A stretch of 64,000 bases of DNA, taken from positions 1 to 64,000 of the forward strand of contig VGOM01000007.1 in the NCBI GenBank assembly GCA_016875915.1, given 5' to 3'. How positions within the stretch are numbered: the first letter of the stretch is position 1; every line of letters begins with the position of its first letter. Below the pieces are notes generated by a model. That model had not been told where the DNA came from. It was given only the letters and a program-made list of their open reading frames with translations, and made no database searches. Source of the DNA: Chloroflexota bacterium (GTDB lineage: Bacteria > Chloroflexota > Dehalococcoidia > UBA2247 > RBG-13-53-26). A program made the translations under genes and the position numbers. This document shows, in pieces, positions 29,060 through 38,165 of the stretch.

Positions 29060-30202
29060 CTAGACCCCAGTCAACGCCTGTTCCAAGTCTTCGACAAGGT
29101 CGTCCACGTTCTCCAGGCCGACCGATAGGCGGATCAGCCCTTCCGTGATGCCCACGCCGTTTCTGACCGACTCCGGCATGGAGGCATGACTCATTGTAGC
29201 AGGATGTTCCACCAGGGAGTCCACGCCCCCGAGGGATTCCGCCAGCGAGAAGACCTTCATCCTCCTGAGGAACGCCGGGACGGCCTGGCTGCCGCCCTTG
29301 ATCTCGAAGGAGACCATGGCCCCAAATCCCTTCATCTGCCTTCTGGCGATGGCATGGCCGGGGTGGGACTTCAGTGACGGATAGAAGACCCGCTCCACCC
29401 TGGAGTGACAGTCCAGGTACTCGGCCACGGCGGTGGCGTTCCGCTCCTGCTGCTTCATCCTGACCGGCAGGGTCTTGATGCCTCGGAGTACCAGCCAGCA
29501 GTCGAAGGGAGAGGCGCAGGTCCCCATGGCATTCAGCAGGAACTGCACCCGGATGGCCAGATCATCGCTGGCGGTGACCACCGCCCCCCCGACGACGTCG
29601 CAATGCCCGTTGAGGTACTTGGTGGTCGAGTGCACCACCAGATCGACGCCGTACACGATGGGCCTGAGGAAGCAGGGTGTGGCGAAGGTGTTGTCCACCA
29701 CGGTAGTCAGATTGTGCCTCCTGGCTACGGCAACGGCCATCTCGAGGTCAACGATGTTCAGCAGCGGGTTGGACGGCGTCTCAATCCAGAGCATCCTGGT
29801 GCTGGGCCTCACAGCATCTTCAATGCGCCGGGGGCTATCCATCCTCACGAAGGAGCACTCCAGGCCGAACCGGGTCATGACGTCCTGAAAGAGACGATAT
29901 GTCCCCCCGTAGACATCATCCCCGCAGATGACGTGATCGCCCTTCTGGAGCAGACAGGCTACGGTGGTCTCGGCGGCCATTCCGGTGGCGAAGGCGAAAC
30001 CAGCCTTGCCGCCTTCCAGGGCAGCGATGGTCTCCTCCAGCGCACTGCGGGTCGGGTTGGAGGTTCTGGAGTAGTCATACCCCCGAGTCCGGCCCACGTC
30101 TTCAAAGACGAAGGTGGATGTCTGGTAGATGGGCGGTATCAGAGCGCCGGTGGCCGGGTCGGGCCCTCCAGCGGAATGAATAGCCAGCGTCTCAAATCGC
30201 AT
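29060..30202 (-). CDS. Cys/Met-metabolism PLP enzyme (cystathionine gamma-lyase / gamma-synthase / methionine gamma-lyase family)
   Basis: PLP lysine in VVHSTTKYLNGH. YSRTSNPT and AVESLGG motifs. Confidence 0.85.
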   Translation of the reverse strand: MRFETLAIHSAGGPDPATGALIPPIYQTSTFVFEDVGRTRGYDYSRTSNPTRSALEETIAALEGGKAGFAFATGMAAETTVACLLQKGDHVICGDDVYGGTYRLFQDVMTRFGLECSFVRMDSPRRIEDAVRPSTRMLWIETPSNPLLNIVDLEMAVAVARRHNLTTVVDNTFATPCFLRPIVYGVDLVVHSTTKYLNGHCDVVGGAVVTASDDLAIRVQFLLNAMGTCASPFDCWLVLRGIKTLPVRMKQQERNATAVAEYLDCHSRVERVFYPSLKSHPGHAIARRQMKGFGAMVSFEIKGGSQAVPAFLRRMKVFSLAESLGGVDSLVEHPATMSHASMPESVRNGVGITEGLIRLSVGLENVDDLVEDLEQALTGV

Positions 30203-30259
30203 TGTCTCTTCCCTCCCCTGTCCCTTCCAGAGAACGCCCGTGCGGGTCCTGCTGCTATT

Positions 30260-31234
30260 CTACTGGAAGACCCAGGTGCTGAGGTAGCGTTCCCCGGTAT
30301 CGGGCAGAACGACCACGATGATCTTGCCCCGGTTCTCCGGCCTCCGGGCCACCTGCAGAGCGGCCCAGGTGGCGGCACCGGAGGATATGCCCGCGAGTAT
30401 ACCCTCTTCCCTGGCCAGGCGCACGGTGGTGGCGCCGGCGTCCTCGTTGCTGACCCCGATGATCTCATCGATGAGCTCCGTTCTGAGCACAGCGGGCACA
30501 AAACCGGCGCCGATTCCCTGGATCTTGTGCGGTCCAGGCTGTCCCCCGGAAAGCACAGGGGAGGCGGCCGGCTCCACGGCGACGGTCAGGAAGCCGGGCC
30601 TGCGGGCCTTGATGACCTCGGACACGCCGGTGATGGTTCCCCCGGTGCCCACGCCAGAGACCAGGATGTCCACCTTCCCTTCGGTGTCCCTCCAGATCTC
30701 CTCGGCGGTGGTCAAACGATGTATCTCCGGATTCGAGGGGTTCTTGAACTGCTGTGGCATGAAGGAGTTGGGGGTGCTAGAAGTCAGCTCCTCGGCCTTC
30801 CGGACGGCCCCGGCCATTCCTTCAGCCCCCGGGGTAAGTACCAATTCAGCGCCGAGAATGCGCAGAATCTGGCGACGCTCCAGCGACATGGTGTCGGGCA
30901 TGACCAGGATCAGCCGGTACCCGCGGGCGGCACAGACGAAGGCCAGGGCAACGCCAGTGTTGCCGCTGGTGGGCTCGATGACCACGGAGTCCTTGTGCAG
31001 GAGGCCCTTCTCCTCAGCATCGGCGATCATGGCCATACCGATCCTATCCTTGACACTGCCCAGGGGATTGAAGGACTCCAGCTTGGCCAGGACCTCCGCA
31101 CCGGTCCCCCCGGCGATACGGTTCAGCCTGACCAGCGGAGTATTGCCGATCAGCTCCGAGCTGTCCCCGGCTATTCCCCTAGTGAGCCGGGGCAGGCTGA
31201 CCGTCTTGTAGCGTAACTTGTCAGCAGCGTGCAT
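30260..31234 (-). CDS. Cysteine synthase / cystathionine beta-synthase-like PLP enzyme (CysK/CysM family)
   Basis: IGNTPLV, SVKDR (PLP lysine), GNTG and GIGAGF motifs. Confidence 0.85.
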   Translation of the reverse strand: MHAADKLRYKTVSLPRLTRGIAGDSSELIGNTPLVRLNRIAGGTGAEVLAKLESFNPLGSVKDRIGMAMIADAEEKGLLHKDSVVIEPTSGNTGVALAFVCAARGYRLILVMPDTMSLERRQILRILGAELVLTPGAEGMAGAVRKAEELTSSTPNSFMPQQFKNPSNPEIHRLTTAEEIWRDTEGKVDILVSGVGTGGTITGVSEVIKARRPGFLTVAVEPAASPVLSGGQPGPHKIQGIGAGFVPAVLRTELIDEIIGVSNEDAGATTVRLAREEGILAGISSGAATWAALQVARRPENRGKIIVVVLPDTGERYLSTWVFQ

Positions 31235-31296
31235 TGTGCCACCCTCCTCAATTCCCGAAGTCCGGCGCCTGACGAGCCGCCGGGACGACGCACCTA

Positions 31297-31797
31297 TCAG
31301 GGCAACCCGGCGACCCTGGTGTTCTCGTATGCAGTGACCAGGTCGCCGATGCCGGCAGCCAGCCTGTCACCGACGACGGTGTAGGCGGCTCCCGCCTTGG
31401 GGTAGTTCTTGCAGGCACCGGAGATGCCATCGCCCGTAGCTGCCTGGAATCTGGTGCCACAGGCATTGCAGACCAGAACGTCGCCAGCAAGTGAGAAGCT
31501 CTCTGACCGGCAGGGCGGACAGATGCTGGCCCGGAGCTGAATCTCCTCACCCAGCCGATAGGCCATGAAGACCATCTTCTTCCCCTGATCTTCCACCCTG
31601 AAATGGGCCATTTGAGCGTCATCGATCTCACTCCTGGAGACGGACACCTGCTCTCCATCCACCTGGGCAGTGACCCACGTAGGCTTGATCTCCACTCCTG
31701 TTCCGCCGGAGCTGCGGCTGCAACCGGCAGCCAGAAACGCCACGAGGGCCACCAGGACCAGCGATACCGCAGCGAACGCCAGTGTTCTGTGCTTCAT
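31297..31797 (-). CDS. Lipoprotein with CPPC...CxxCG metal-binding motif (DUF2318-like)
   Basis: Signal peptide plus lipobox (LAAGC). ICPPCRSE...CNACG. Sits directly upstream of an ABC ATPase/FtsX-like pair. Confidence 0.55.
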   Translation of the reverse strand: MKHRTLAFAAVSLVLVALVAFLAAGCSRSSGGTGVEIKPTWVTAQVDGEQVSVSRSEIDDAQMAHFRVEDQGKKMVFMAYRLGEEIQLRASICPPCRSESFSLAGDVLVCNACGTRFQAATGDGISGACKNYPKAGAAYTVVGDRLAAGIGDLVTAYENTRVAGLP

Positions 31798-31864
31798 CCG
31801 ACTACCTCCTCAGCCTGTACTTGGATCACGCTCTGGAATCCTGCTAACACCGGGGGACTCCGAC

Positions 31865-32530
31865 TCAGCCGGCAGAGACCACCTCTCCGTCCCTCAGGGA
31901 GACGATCCTCCTGGCCCGATGGGCTATCTCGGGACTGTGAGTAACCATGATGATACTGACACCGTCCCTGTTCACCTGCTCGAAGAGCTGCAGAACCTCG
32001 ATGCCCGTCTTCTGGTCCACGTTGCCAGTCGGCTCATCGGCCAGAATGAGGGTACAGCCGTTGACCAGGGACCGGGCGATGGCCACTCTCTGCTGCTCTC
32101 CGCCGCTCAACTGACTGGGCTTGTGCCCGGCCCTCTTCTCCAGTCCCACCCGGCGGAGAAGCTCCATGGCCCGCTGTTCGGCATGCCCGTTCGAGGCACC
32201 GAAGGTCAGCGGCAGGAGAACGTTCTCCAGGGCGGTGAGGGAGGGGATGAGATGGTACTGCTGGAAGACATAGGCGATCTTCTTCCTGCGGATATCAACA
32301 AGAGCATTCTCACTCAAGTCGTCGATGCGCCGGCCGTCCAGGATGACCTGGCCACCGGTGAGCTTCTCCAGTCCGCCAATGACATTGAGGAGGGTCGATT
32401 TGCCGCTGCCGGAAGGACCTGTGATGGCCACGAAATCGCCATCCTCCACACGGAGGCTGACATCATTCAGCGCGGCTACCCTGGCCGGACCGCTGCCATA
32501 GATCTTCGACGCGTGCCTCACCTCCAGCAT
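31865..32530 (-). CDS. ABC transporter ATP-binding protein (MacB/LolD-type)
   Basis: Walker [10 protein letters not shown], signature [13 protein letters not shown], Walker [12 protein letters not shown]. Confidence 0.9.
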   Translation of the reverse strand: MLEVRHASKIYGSGPARVAALNDVSLRVEDGDFVAITGPSGSGKSTLLNVIGGLEKLTGGQVILDGRRIDDLSENALVDIRRKKIAYVFQQYHLIPSLTALENVLLPLTFGASNGHAEQRAMELLRRVGLEKRAGHKPSQLSGGEQQRVAIARSLVNGCTLILADEPTGNVDQKTGIEVLQLFEQVNRDGVSIIMVTHSPEIAHRARRIVSLRDGEVVSAG

Positions 32531-32539
32531 GGCATCACC

Positions 32540-33730
32540 TCAGAGGGACCTCAGCGACTCCGCGACTCTGATCTGGGAGGCCCGGAACGCGGGGTACACG
32601 CTGGCCACCGCGGCCACCAGGACAGCCAGGCCGAGTGCGGGGCCCAGATACTGCAGTTCGTAGGCCACGGCCAGGTCGTCGAAGATGAGGGGGCCGATGA
32701 CGTAGGACAGCAGGGTCCCGGCCGCGTATCCCAGCAAGCCCCCGATGACGCCGACGCCGATGGCCTCATAGACGAACATTCGGACGATCTGGCGGCGGGA
32801 AGCCCCGACGGCTTTCATGATGCCGATGTCTCTGACACGCTCGTGCACCGAGGAGATCATGGTATTGACCACCCCGAATGCTCCCACGATCAGGGTGATC
32901 CCGGCCAGAGTGATCATGAAACGGTTCACCTTGTTGACCAGATTCATCTCGGTCTCGGCTATCTGCCTCACGGCCACGGCGCGGACCCCGGGGATCTCCT
33001 CATTGATCATGTCGGCGATGTCCACCGCGGGACAGGCGGAGCACAGTGCCCGGATATCGGCCGCGGAAACCAGTCCTTCCCTGGCGAACAGTCTCTGAAC
33101 CGTGGGCAAGGGCACGAACACATGATAGTCATCATTGGAGCCGGTCTCCCCCAGCACACCGACAACGGTGGTCTGCTCCCCCCCGAGGAGGAGGGTGTCC
33201 CCCACGCCGAGGCGGAGCGATGCACTGGCCCTGGCACCGAGAACGGCCTCATCGGCCTGTTCCACATACCTGCCTTCAGACACGATCCACCAGGTCTTGA
33301 CAAGCCTTTCCTGCTCCGGATCAATGCCTACTACCATGGCGGACGTACCCTGCAGTTCAGTGTCCACGTAGAGCTTGGGGGCGATAGTGGCAATATCACC
33401 TTCATCCTGGATGTCGAGGGCCTCCCGTATGGCGTCATCGGCAATCCGTCTGACCTCAAGCAGTTTCTCTTCCGCAAAGTAGTTGTCGCCTATGGCCAGG
33501 GTCCCCAGGCGCAGGTCCCCCAACTGTAGATCCAGGTCGCTGACCGCCGGAGTGACCATCAGGTTCGGGCCGTACTTGTCGATTTCAGCATAGACCCTGT
33601 CCTCACCGGCCCGGGCCACGGTGAGCACGGCCACGAAGGCGGCCACGCCGATGGCCACGCCAAGCGCCGTGTAGAGCACGCGCCGCTTCCGGCGCAGCGC
33701 ATCCTTGAACACCACCTGAAGCAACTTCAT
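32540..33730 (-). CDS. ABC transporter permease, FtsX/MacB-like
   Basis: 396 aa: N-terminal TM helix, large extracytoplasmic domain, C-terminal FtsX-type 3-TM bundle. Confidence 0.8.
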   Translation of the reverse strand: MKLLQVVFKDALRRKRRVLYTALGVAIGVAAFVAVLTVARAGEDRVYAEIDKYGPNLMVTPAVSDLDLQLGDLRLGTLAIGDNYFAEEKLLEVRRIADDAIREALDIQDEGDIATIAPKLYVDTELQGTSAMVVGIDPEQERLVKTWWIVSEGRYVEQADEAVLGARASASLRLGVGDTLLLGGEQTTVVGVLGETGSNDDYHVFVPLPTVQRLFAREGLVSAADIRALCSACPAVDIADMINEEIPGVRAVAVRQIAETEMNLVNKVNRFMITLAGITLIVGAFGVVNTMISSVHERVRDIGIMKAVGASRRQIVRMFVYEAIGVGVIGGLLGYAAGTLLSYVIGPLIFDDLAVAYELQYLGPALGLAVLVAAVASVYPAFRASQIRVAESLRSL

Positions 33731-33905
33731 CCAGCCTCTACCTCCCGGCTAGAATAACACGATAATCATTATCATGTTAGTCATAAATTATCATGGGCTC
33801 CAGGCCTTGTCAAGCGATTCCGTGATCCTGAAACGAAGGGGGAGTCAGTCGGCGTCCATCAACAGAAGTCAGGGGCCGGGCCGAGGATTCACCGCCGAAT
33901 CGGTG

Positions 33906-34145
33906 CTACTTCCGCCTGCTTCTGGCCGACGACCCAGACCGGCGGGGCGATCCGGCCCTGGCCGCCTCAAGCATGGTCTCCCACTTGCCTTCGCTCGGCA
34001 GCGGACGGCCGGCCTGCTGCGGGCTGTAGTGGTCGAGATACATCAGATTGCCGCACTGGACACAGTTCTCGTACCACTCACCGAGGTAACTGCCCATCAT
34101 GAGTATGCCTCCGCACTTGGGGCACTTCCGCGAACTGAGACCCAT
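33906..34145 (-). CDS. Small zinc-ribbon protein (80 aa), locus B partner
   Basis: Start taken at MGLSSRKCPKCGG. The CxxC-x19-CVQCGNLMYLDHY pattern echoes CQSCGTQKQFHNY in 45090..45368. Confidence 0.5.
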   Translation of the reverse strand: MGLSSRKCPKCGGILMMGSYLGEWYENCVQCGNLMYLDHYSPQQAGRPLPSEGKWETMLEAARAGSPRRSGSSARSRRK

Positions 34146-34213
34146 AACTGCACCTCTCCTTCCTGGTCTTCCGGGGAACTGCCTATGACGATAGTCCAGC
34201 GGGCATCTCCAGT

Positions 34214-34231
34214 CTGTGACCGCGGTCACAG
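34214..34231. promoter_or_regulatory. Perfect 18-bp palindrome CTGTGACCGCGGTCACAG (candidate operator)
   Basis: Exact dyad symmetry about 70-85 bp upstream of the zinc-ribbon gene start. Confidence 0.45.
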
Positions 34232-34545
34232 TCGGCATGAGAGTGAAGCAATGAACAGGCGGCACTTGCAGTCCGGCAACCCCCGTGTTATGATGGCATC
34301 AACAACTGAATAGACGATACATAGAGTCCAACGGGTCATAGCTCAACGGTTACAGCCAAACTAGGAGAAAGAAAGGGCCGATCTGAGCACTCAAGCGGAC
34401 TCTTTTCTTTTGCCCAGAACCGTCTGGAGTCAGCTGGCTTGGACTAGCCGAGACTCCACCCCGTCACCCCTGGAGGGAACCGGACAGACTGCCTCCATCG
34501 GGCTGGCAATACCACCACTGATTCGAGATTCGTCTTTGCGGGAAG

Positions 34546-34573
34546 TGGATGACGCATCAAGTGCGGCGTGACT
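34546..34573. repeat. Conserved hairpin motif, copy 2 (TGGATGACGCATCAAGTGCGGCGTGACT)
   Basis: Same loop TCAAG and GCA/TGC stem core as copies 1 and 3, with one mismatch and one G-U wobble. About 160 bp downstream of the minus-strand 5-Cys gene stop. Confidence 0.6.
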
Positions 34574-34729
34574 TGGGGCGAGTGCCGGGAGGGGCACGAG
34601 CCATACGCAAGGTGCAACCTGGGCGCGCATGTACCGGCAGCAAGAGGAGTGCACCGGCCAGCGGGAACTGTGTGACACGCAAATGCCCGCCCGGGGACAG
34701 GGGAGACAGTCCCCGTTGGCGGTCCGGGA

Positions 34730-34984
34730 TCAGCCGTAGCTGAACTGCTGCTCCGGCTCGGATCTCCTCACCCGCCGGTGAGTCACTATGGATGGCACGT
34801 GCATACAGCCGATAAGGCGGTCGGCGAGGTCCTGGCAATCACTCATGTAACGGCAGTTGCGGCAGTCGTCGTTCGTCCTGCTGCAGGCGAAGGCCCAGCG
34901 TTCAATTAGCTTGTCGTCGTCCTTCTTGGGATACCACCTGGCCCATCTCTGTCGTCCACTGGATTTCTCTCCCATTACGCGCAT
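34730..34984 (-). CDS. Small 5-Cys protein, family member B (84 aa)
   Basis: Start at MRVMGEK with GGAGGAG RBS. RQRWARWYPKKDDDKLIERWAFACSRTNDDCRNCRYMSDCQDLADRLIGCM aligns with 45374..45622 at identical Cys positions 34/41/44/50/60. Confidence 0.65.
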   Translation of the reverse strand: MRVMGEKSSGRQRWARWYPKKDDDKLIERWAFACSRTNDDCRNCRYMSDCQDLADRLIGCMHVPSIVTHRRVRRSEPEQQFSYG

Positions 34985-35111
34985 GCCTCTGTCTCCTCCT
35001 TCTGAAAAGGGGGGATGGTTTTGGAATAGGGCAAGCATAGGGGAGGGAGATTAGCTCCAGATGAGGGCAACCTTAGAAGAGCCTTAGAGTTTTGTCACAG
35101 AGCGGAGGCCG

Positions 35112-35139
35112 TGTTATACTTTTACCAGTTCAAGTATAA
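35112..35139. promoter_or_regulatory. 9-bp inverted repeat GTTATACTT-N10-AAGTATAAC (candidate GntR-type operator)
   Basis: Perfect inverted repeat about 25-50 bp upstream of the GntR-PBP regulator ATG, in the divergent intergenic region. Confidence 0.4.
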
Positions 35140-35163
35140 CAATATCCAGCGATCGGCACCGGC

Positions 35164-36360
35164 ATGGCAGCACGCAAGACAACCGCCCAAACCCCGCCTG
35201 AGGGGAAGTCAACGGCCATTCTCCTCGGCGACACCGCTCACTCCCCGCTCTTCACCCAGATAGTGGCACAGGTGAGGCAACTGGTAGCCACTGGCAGGCT
35301 GAAGCCAGGCGAACGCTTGCCCACCGTCAGGGAATTGGCGGACACCCTCGGGGTCAGCCCCGGCACAGTGGTCAGGGCCTATCTCGATCTGGAGAAGCAG
35401 GGGGTTGTCCAGTCCAGGCGAGGGGCGGGCACGTTCGTCTCCGCCAGTGTCGGACGTCCCGGAGCGTCTGCGCTGCGCAGGGGCCAGCTCTCCAACATAG
35501 TGAGCGGCAGCATCCTGGAAGCCCTGACTCTGGGCTTTGAGCCCGATGAAGTGGAGGCGGCCTTCTCGGTGCACCTGGCCCGCTGGCGCGAGGAGCGACA
35601 GCGGCTAGCAGCCACACCACCGAAGAGAGGCAGGAACGGGAACAAGACGATTGCCATTGTCGCCAGCCATGACCTGGCGCTCAACCTTCTGGTGAGCCAT
35701 CTCAAACAGCGCGATCCCCGGACTCGGGTAGAGGTGACCTATGCCGGAAGCCTGGGCAGCCTGATCGCCCTGCAGGGCGGAAGGGCCGACATAGCCGGCA
35801 TCCACCTCCTGGATGGTGAGACCGGGGAATACAACTGCCCCTACGTGAAGCACGTCCTCCCCAACCAGGAGGTGGCCGTAGTGCACCTCGCCTACAGAGT
35901 GCAGGGCATGATGTTCGCCGCGGGCAACCCCAAGCGGATCAAGGGACTGGAGGACCTGAAGCGTCCCGATGTCAGGATGCTCAACCGCCAGAAGGGCTCG
36001 GGGACCCGGGTACTGCTGGACTTCCAGTTGCAGCAACTGGGGATAGCGCCGCGTGACGTTCAGGGATACGAAACAGAGGTGGACACCCATCTGGCTGTGG
36101 CCGACGGCGTGGCCCGGGGAGAGGCAGACGTGGGCATGGGCATCGAGGCGGCCGCCAGAGCCTGCGGGGCCGACTTCCTGCCACTGTTCAGGGAGAGATA
36201 CGACCTGATCATCCCGATGGAGACCTACAAGAGCAGGCGGCTGTCCCATCTCCTGGAGATCGTAGCCAGCGAGGATTTCAGAAGGGTGGTGGCCGAGACC
36301 GGGGGCTATGACACCTCACAGACCGGGGCGACCACCTTCTGCAGATACGAGAAGAACTAG
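35164..36360 (+). CDS. GntR-family HTH regulator fused to a periplasmic-binding-protein-like (tungstate/molybdate-binding-like) domain
   Basis: N-terminal winged HTH (LPTVRELADTLGVSPGTVVRAYLDLE), C-terminal PBP type-2-like domain. Sits immediately upstream of tupABC. Confidence 0.75.
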   Translation: MAARKTTAQTPPEGKSTAILLGDTAHSPLFTQIVAQVRQLVATGRLKPGERLPTVRELADTLGVSPGTVVRAYLDLEKQGVVQSRRGAGTFVSASVGRPGASALRRGQLSNIVSGSILEALTLGFEPDEVEAAFSVHLARWREERQRLAATPPKRGRNGNKTIAIVASHDLALNLLVSHLKQRDPRTRVEVTYAGSLGSLIALQGGRADIAGIHLLDGETGEYNCPYVKHVLPNQEVAVVHLAYRVQGMMFAAGNPKRIKGLEDLKRPDVRMLNRQKGSGTRVLLDFQLQQLGIAPRDVQGYETEVDTHLAVADGVARGEADVGMGIEAAARACGADFLPLFRERYDLIIPMETYKSRRLSHLLEIVASEDFRRVVAETGGYDTSQTGATTFCRYEKN

Positions 36361-36566
36361 GCACTCCGAGCCCTGACCCCTAGGGGCGGTGAGCCTACGG
36401 GGCAGCGGCCGGCAGGGTATCGCGGGAAACGGCGATGCCTCCCTCAGCTTGGAAAGGAGTGTATGGCTAGAAGGGCAGGCCCGGAATGCCGGGCGCCACC
36501 GGGTACGGATTGATGTCTTTGATGCGATCGGCCCCATGTTTATGTAAATAAAGGACAGAAGGATCA

Positions 36567-37451
36567 ATGACAAGAAAGCCACTGTATTGCCTGGTGACTG
36601 TGCTGGTTCTGGCAGCCCTGGTGATCGGCGCCATCGGCTGCAGCAGCGAGACCAGCGGAGGAGTGCTCAAGCCCGAGGGCAGACTCCGGGTGGCGACGAC
36701 CACCAGCCTGTATGACACCGGACTCTGGGGCTACCTGGAGCCGAAGTTCGAGAAGCAGTATGACGTGGAACTGGACGTACTGTCGGGGGGAACCGGCCTG
36801 GCACTGGAGTGGGGCAGGAGAGGAGACGTGGATGTCCTCACCGTGCATTCCAAGGCCGATGAACTGAAGTTCATCGCCGACGGCTATGCCGCAGAGCGTG
36901 TCTGGTTTGCCTGCAACTACTTCCTGATCGTGGGACCAGAGGACGATCCGGCCGGCATCAAGGGTATGTCACCGGAAGAGGCCTTCAAGACGCTGTACGA
37001 TGGCGGCGAAGGGAAGTTCGTCTCCCGCGGGGACAACTCCGGCACCCACAGCAAAGAGAAGGCCATATGGAAGGCCGCCGGCTATGCCGACTATGCGGCA
37101 CTGACAGAGGCCGGAATAGCAGCAGGGTGGTACCTGGAGGCGGGCAGGGGCATGGGGGATACCCTGGTAATGGCCCGCGAGTTGGGAGCGTACACGCTGA
37201 CAGACATCGGCACCTTCCTGGCATTTCAGAGCGACCTGCAACTGGTGCCCATCGTGGAGAGCGGCAGTATCCTGCTCAACGTTTACTCCGTGCTGGTCTG
37301 TGCGAAGAGCACGAAACAGGAGATGGCCAACAACCTGGTGACCTTCCTCACCTCGCCGGAGGTACAGGACCTGATCGCCGACTATGGCGTAGCGGACTAT
37401 GGCCAGTCACCGTTCACGTCCTGCGCCGGCCAAGATGAGCCGACGTCGTAG
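36567..37451 (+). CDS. tupA: Tungstate ABC transporter substrate-binding lipoprotein TupA
   Basis: Lipobox (AIGCSS), RLRVATTTSLYDTGLW and RGDNSGTHSKE motifs typical of TupA. Confidence 0.8.
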   Translation: MTRKPLYCLVTVLVLAALVIGAIGCSSETSGGVLKPEGRLRVATTTSLYDTGLWGYLEPKFEKQYDVELDVLSGGTGLALEWGRRGDVDVLTVHSKADELKFIADGYAAERVWFACNYFLIVGPEDDPAGIKGMSPEEAFKTLYDGGEGKFVSRGDNSGTHSKEKAIWKAAGYADYAALTEAGIAAGWYLEAGRGMGDTLVMARELGAYTLTDIGTFLAFQSDLQLVPIVESGSILLNVYSVLVCAKSTKQEMANNLVTFLTSPEVQDLIADYGVADYGQSPFTSCAGQDEPTS

Positions 37452-37475
37452 CAGCACTGGGAGAACTGCAAGACA

Positions 37476-38165
37476 TTGACCGAACTTTGGGACGGATTAG
37501 TACAAGCCCTGCACCTAATCGTCACCTTCGACGATGAGGTGGTGGACATCGCGTGGAGGTCGCTGCGGGTATCGGCGGCCTCCACCGTCCTGGCAGCCCT
37601 GATCTGCATCCCCCTGGGCGGACTGATCAGCTTCCGCAGTTTCCGGGGCAAGCGCCTGCTGATCAACGTCATCCAGACCTTCTACAGCGTGCCCACGGTC
37701 TGCGTGGGCCTGTTCGTCTTCCTGATGCTCTCGCGGGCTGGGCCCCTGGGGGGACTAGGACTCCTGTTCACGCCGTCGGCTATGGTGGTGGGGCAGGCGC
37801 TGCTGATCACGCCCATCATGCTGGGGCTGACCATCTCCGCCCTGAGCAGCGTGGACAAGAACATCAGGGACACCACCCTGTCCCTGGGTGCCTCCGAGCG
37901 GCAGGCCATCTGGGCCATTATCAAAGAGGCCAGATTCGCCATCAGCGCCGCCATCGTCCTCGGCTTCGGCCGGGCCATCTCCGAGGTGGGGGTAGCGATG
38001 ATGGTGGGAGGGAACATCAGGGGCTTCACCCAGATTCTGACCACGGCGATCGCTGACGAGGCCAACCAGGGTAACGTAGAACTGGCGCTGGCTCTCGGCG
38101 TGATCCTCCTGGCAATTGCCCTAGTCGTCACTCTGGGTGTCAACCTGGTACAGCAGAGGCGCTGA
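37476..38165 (+). CDS. tupB: Tungstate ABC transporter permease TupB
   Basis: 229-aa 5-6 TM permease with an ABC TMD EAA-like loop. Confidence 0.75.
   Translation: MTELWDGLVQALHLIVTFDDEVVDIAWRSLRVSAASTVLAALICIPLGGLISFRSFRGKRLLINVIQTFYSVPTVCVGLFVFLMLSRAGPLGGLGLLFTPSAMVVGQALLITPIMLGLTISALSSVDKNIRDTTLSLGASERQAIWAIIKEARFAISAAIVLGFGRAISEVGVAMMVGGNIRGFTQILTTAIADEANQGNVELALALGVILLAIALVVTLGVNLVQQRR

Noticed and set aside
34340-34380. tRNA-like stretch GGGTCATAGCTCAACGGTTACAGCC
   Set aside because: It resembles a tRNA acceptor/D-arm start, but the D-stem complement, anticodon arm and T-arm (GTTC) are absent. Not a tRNA.
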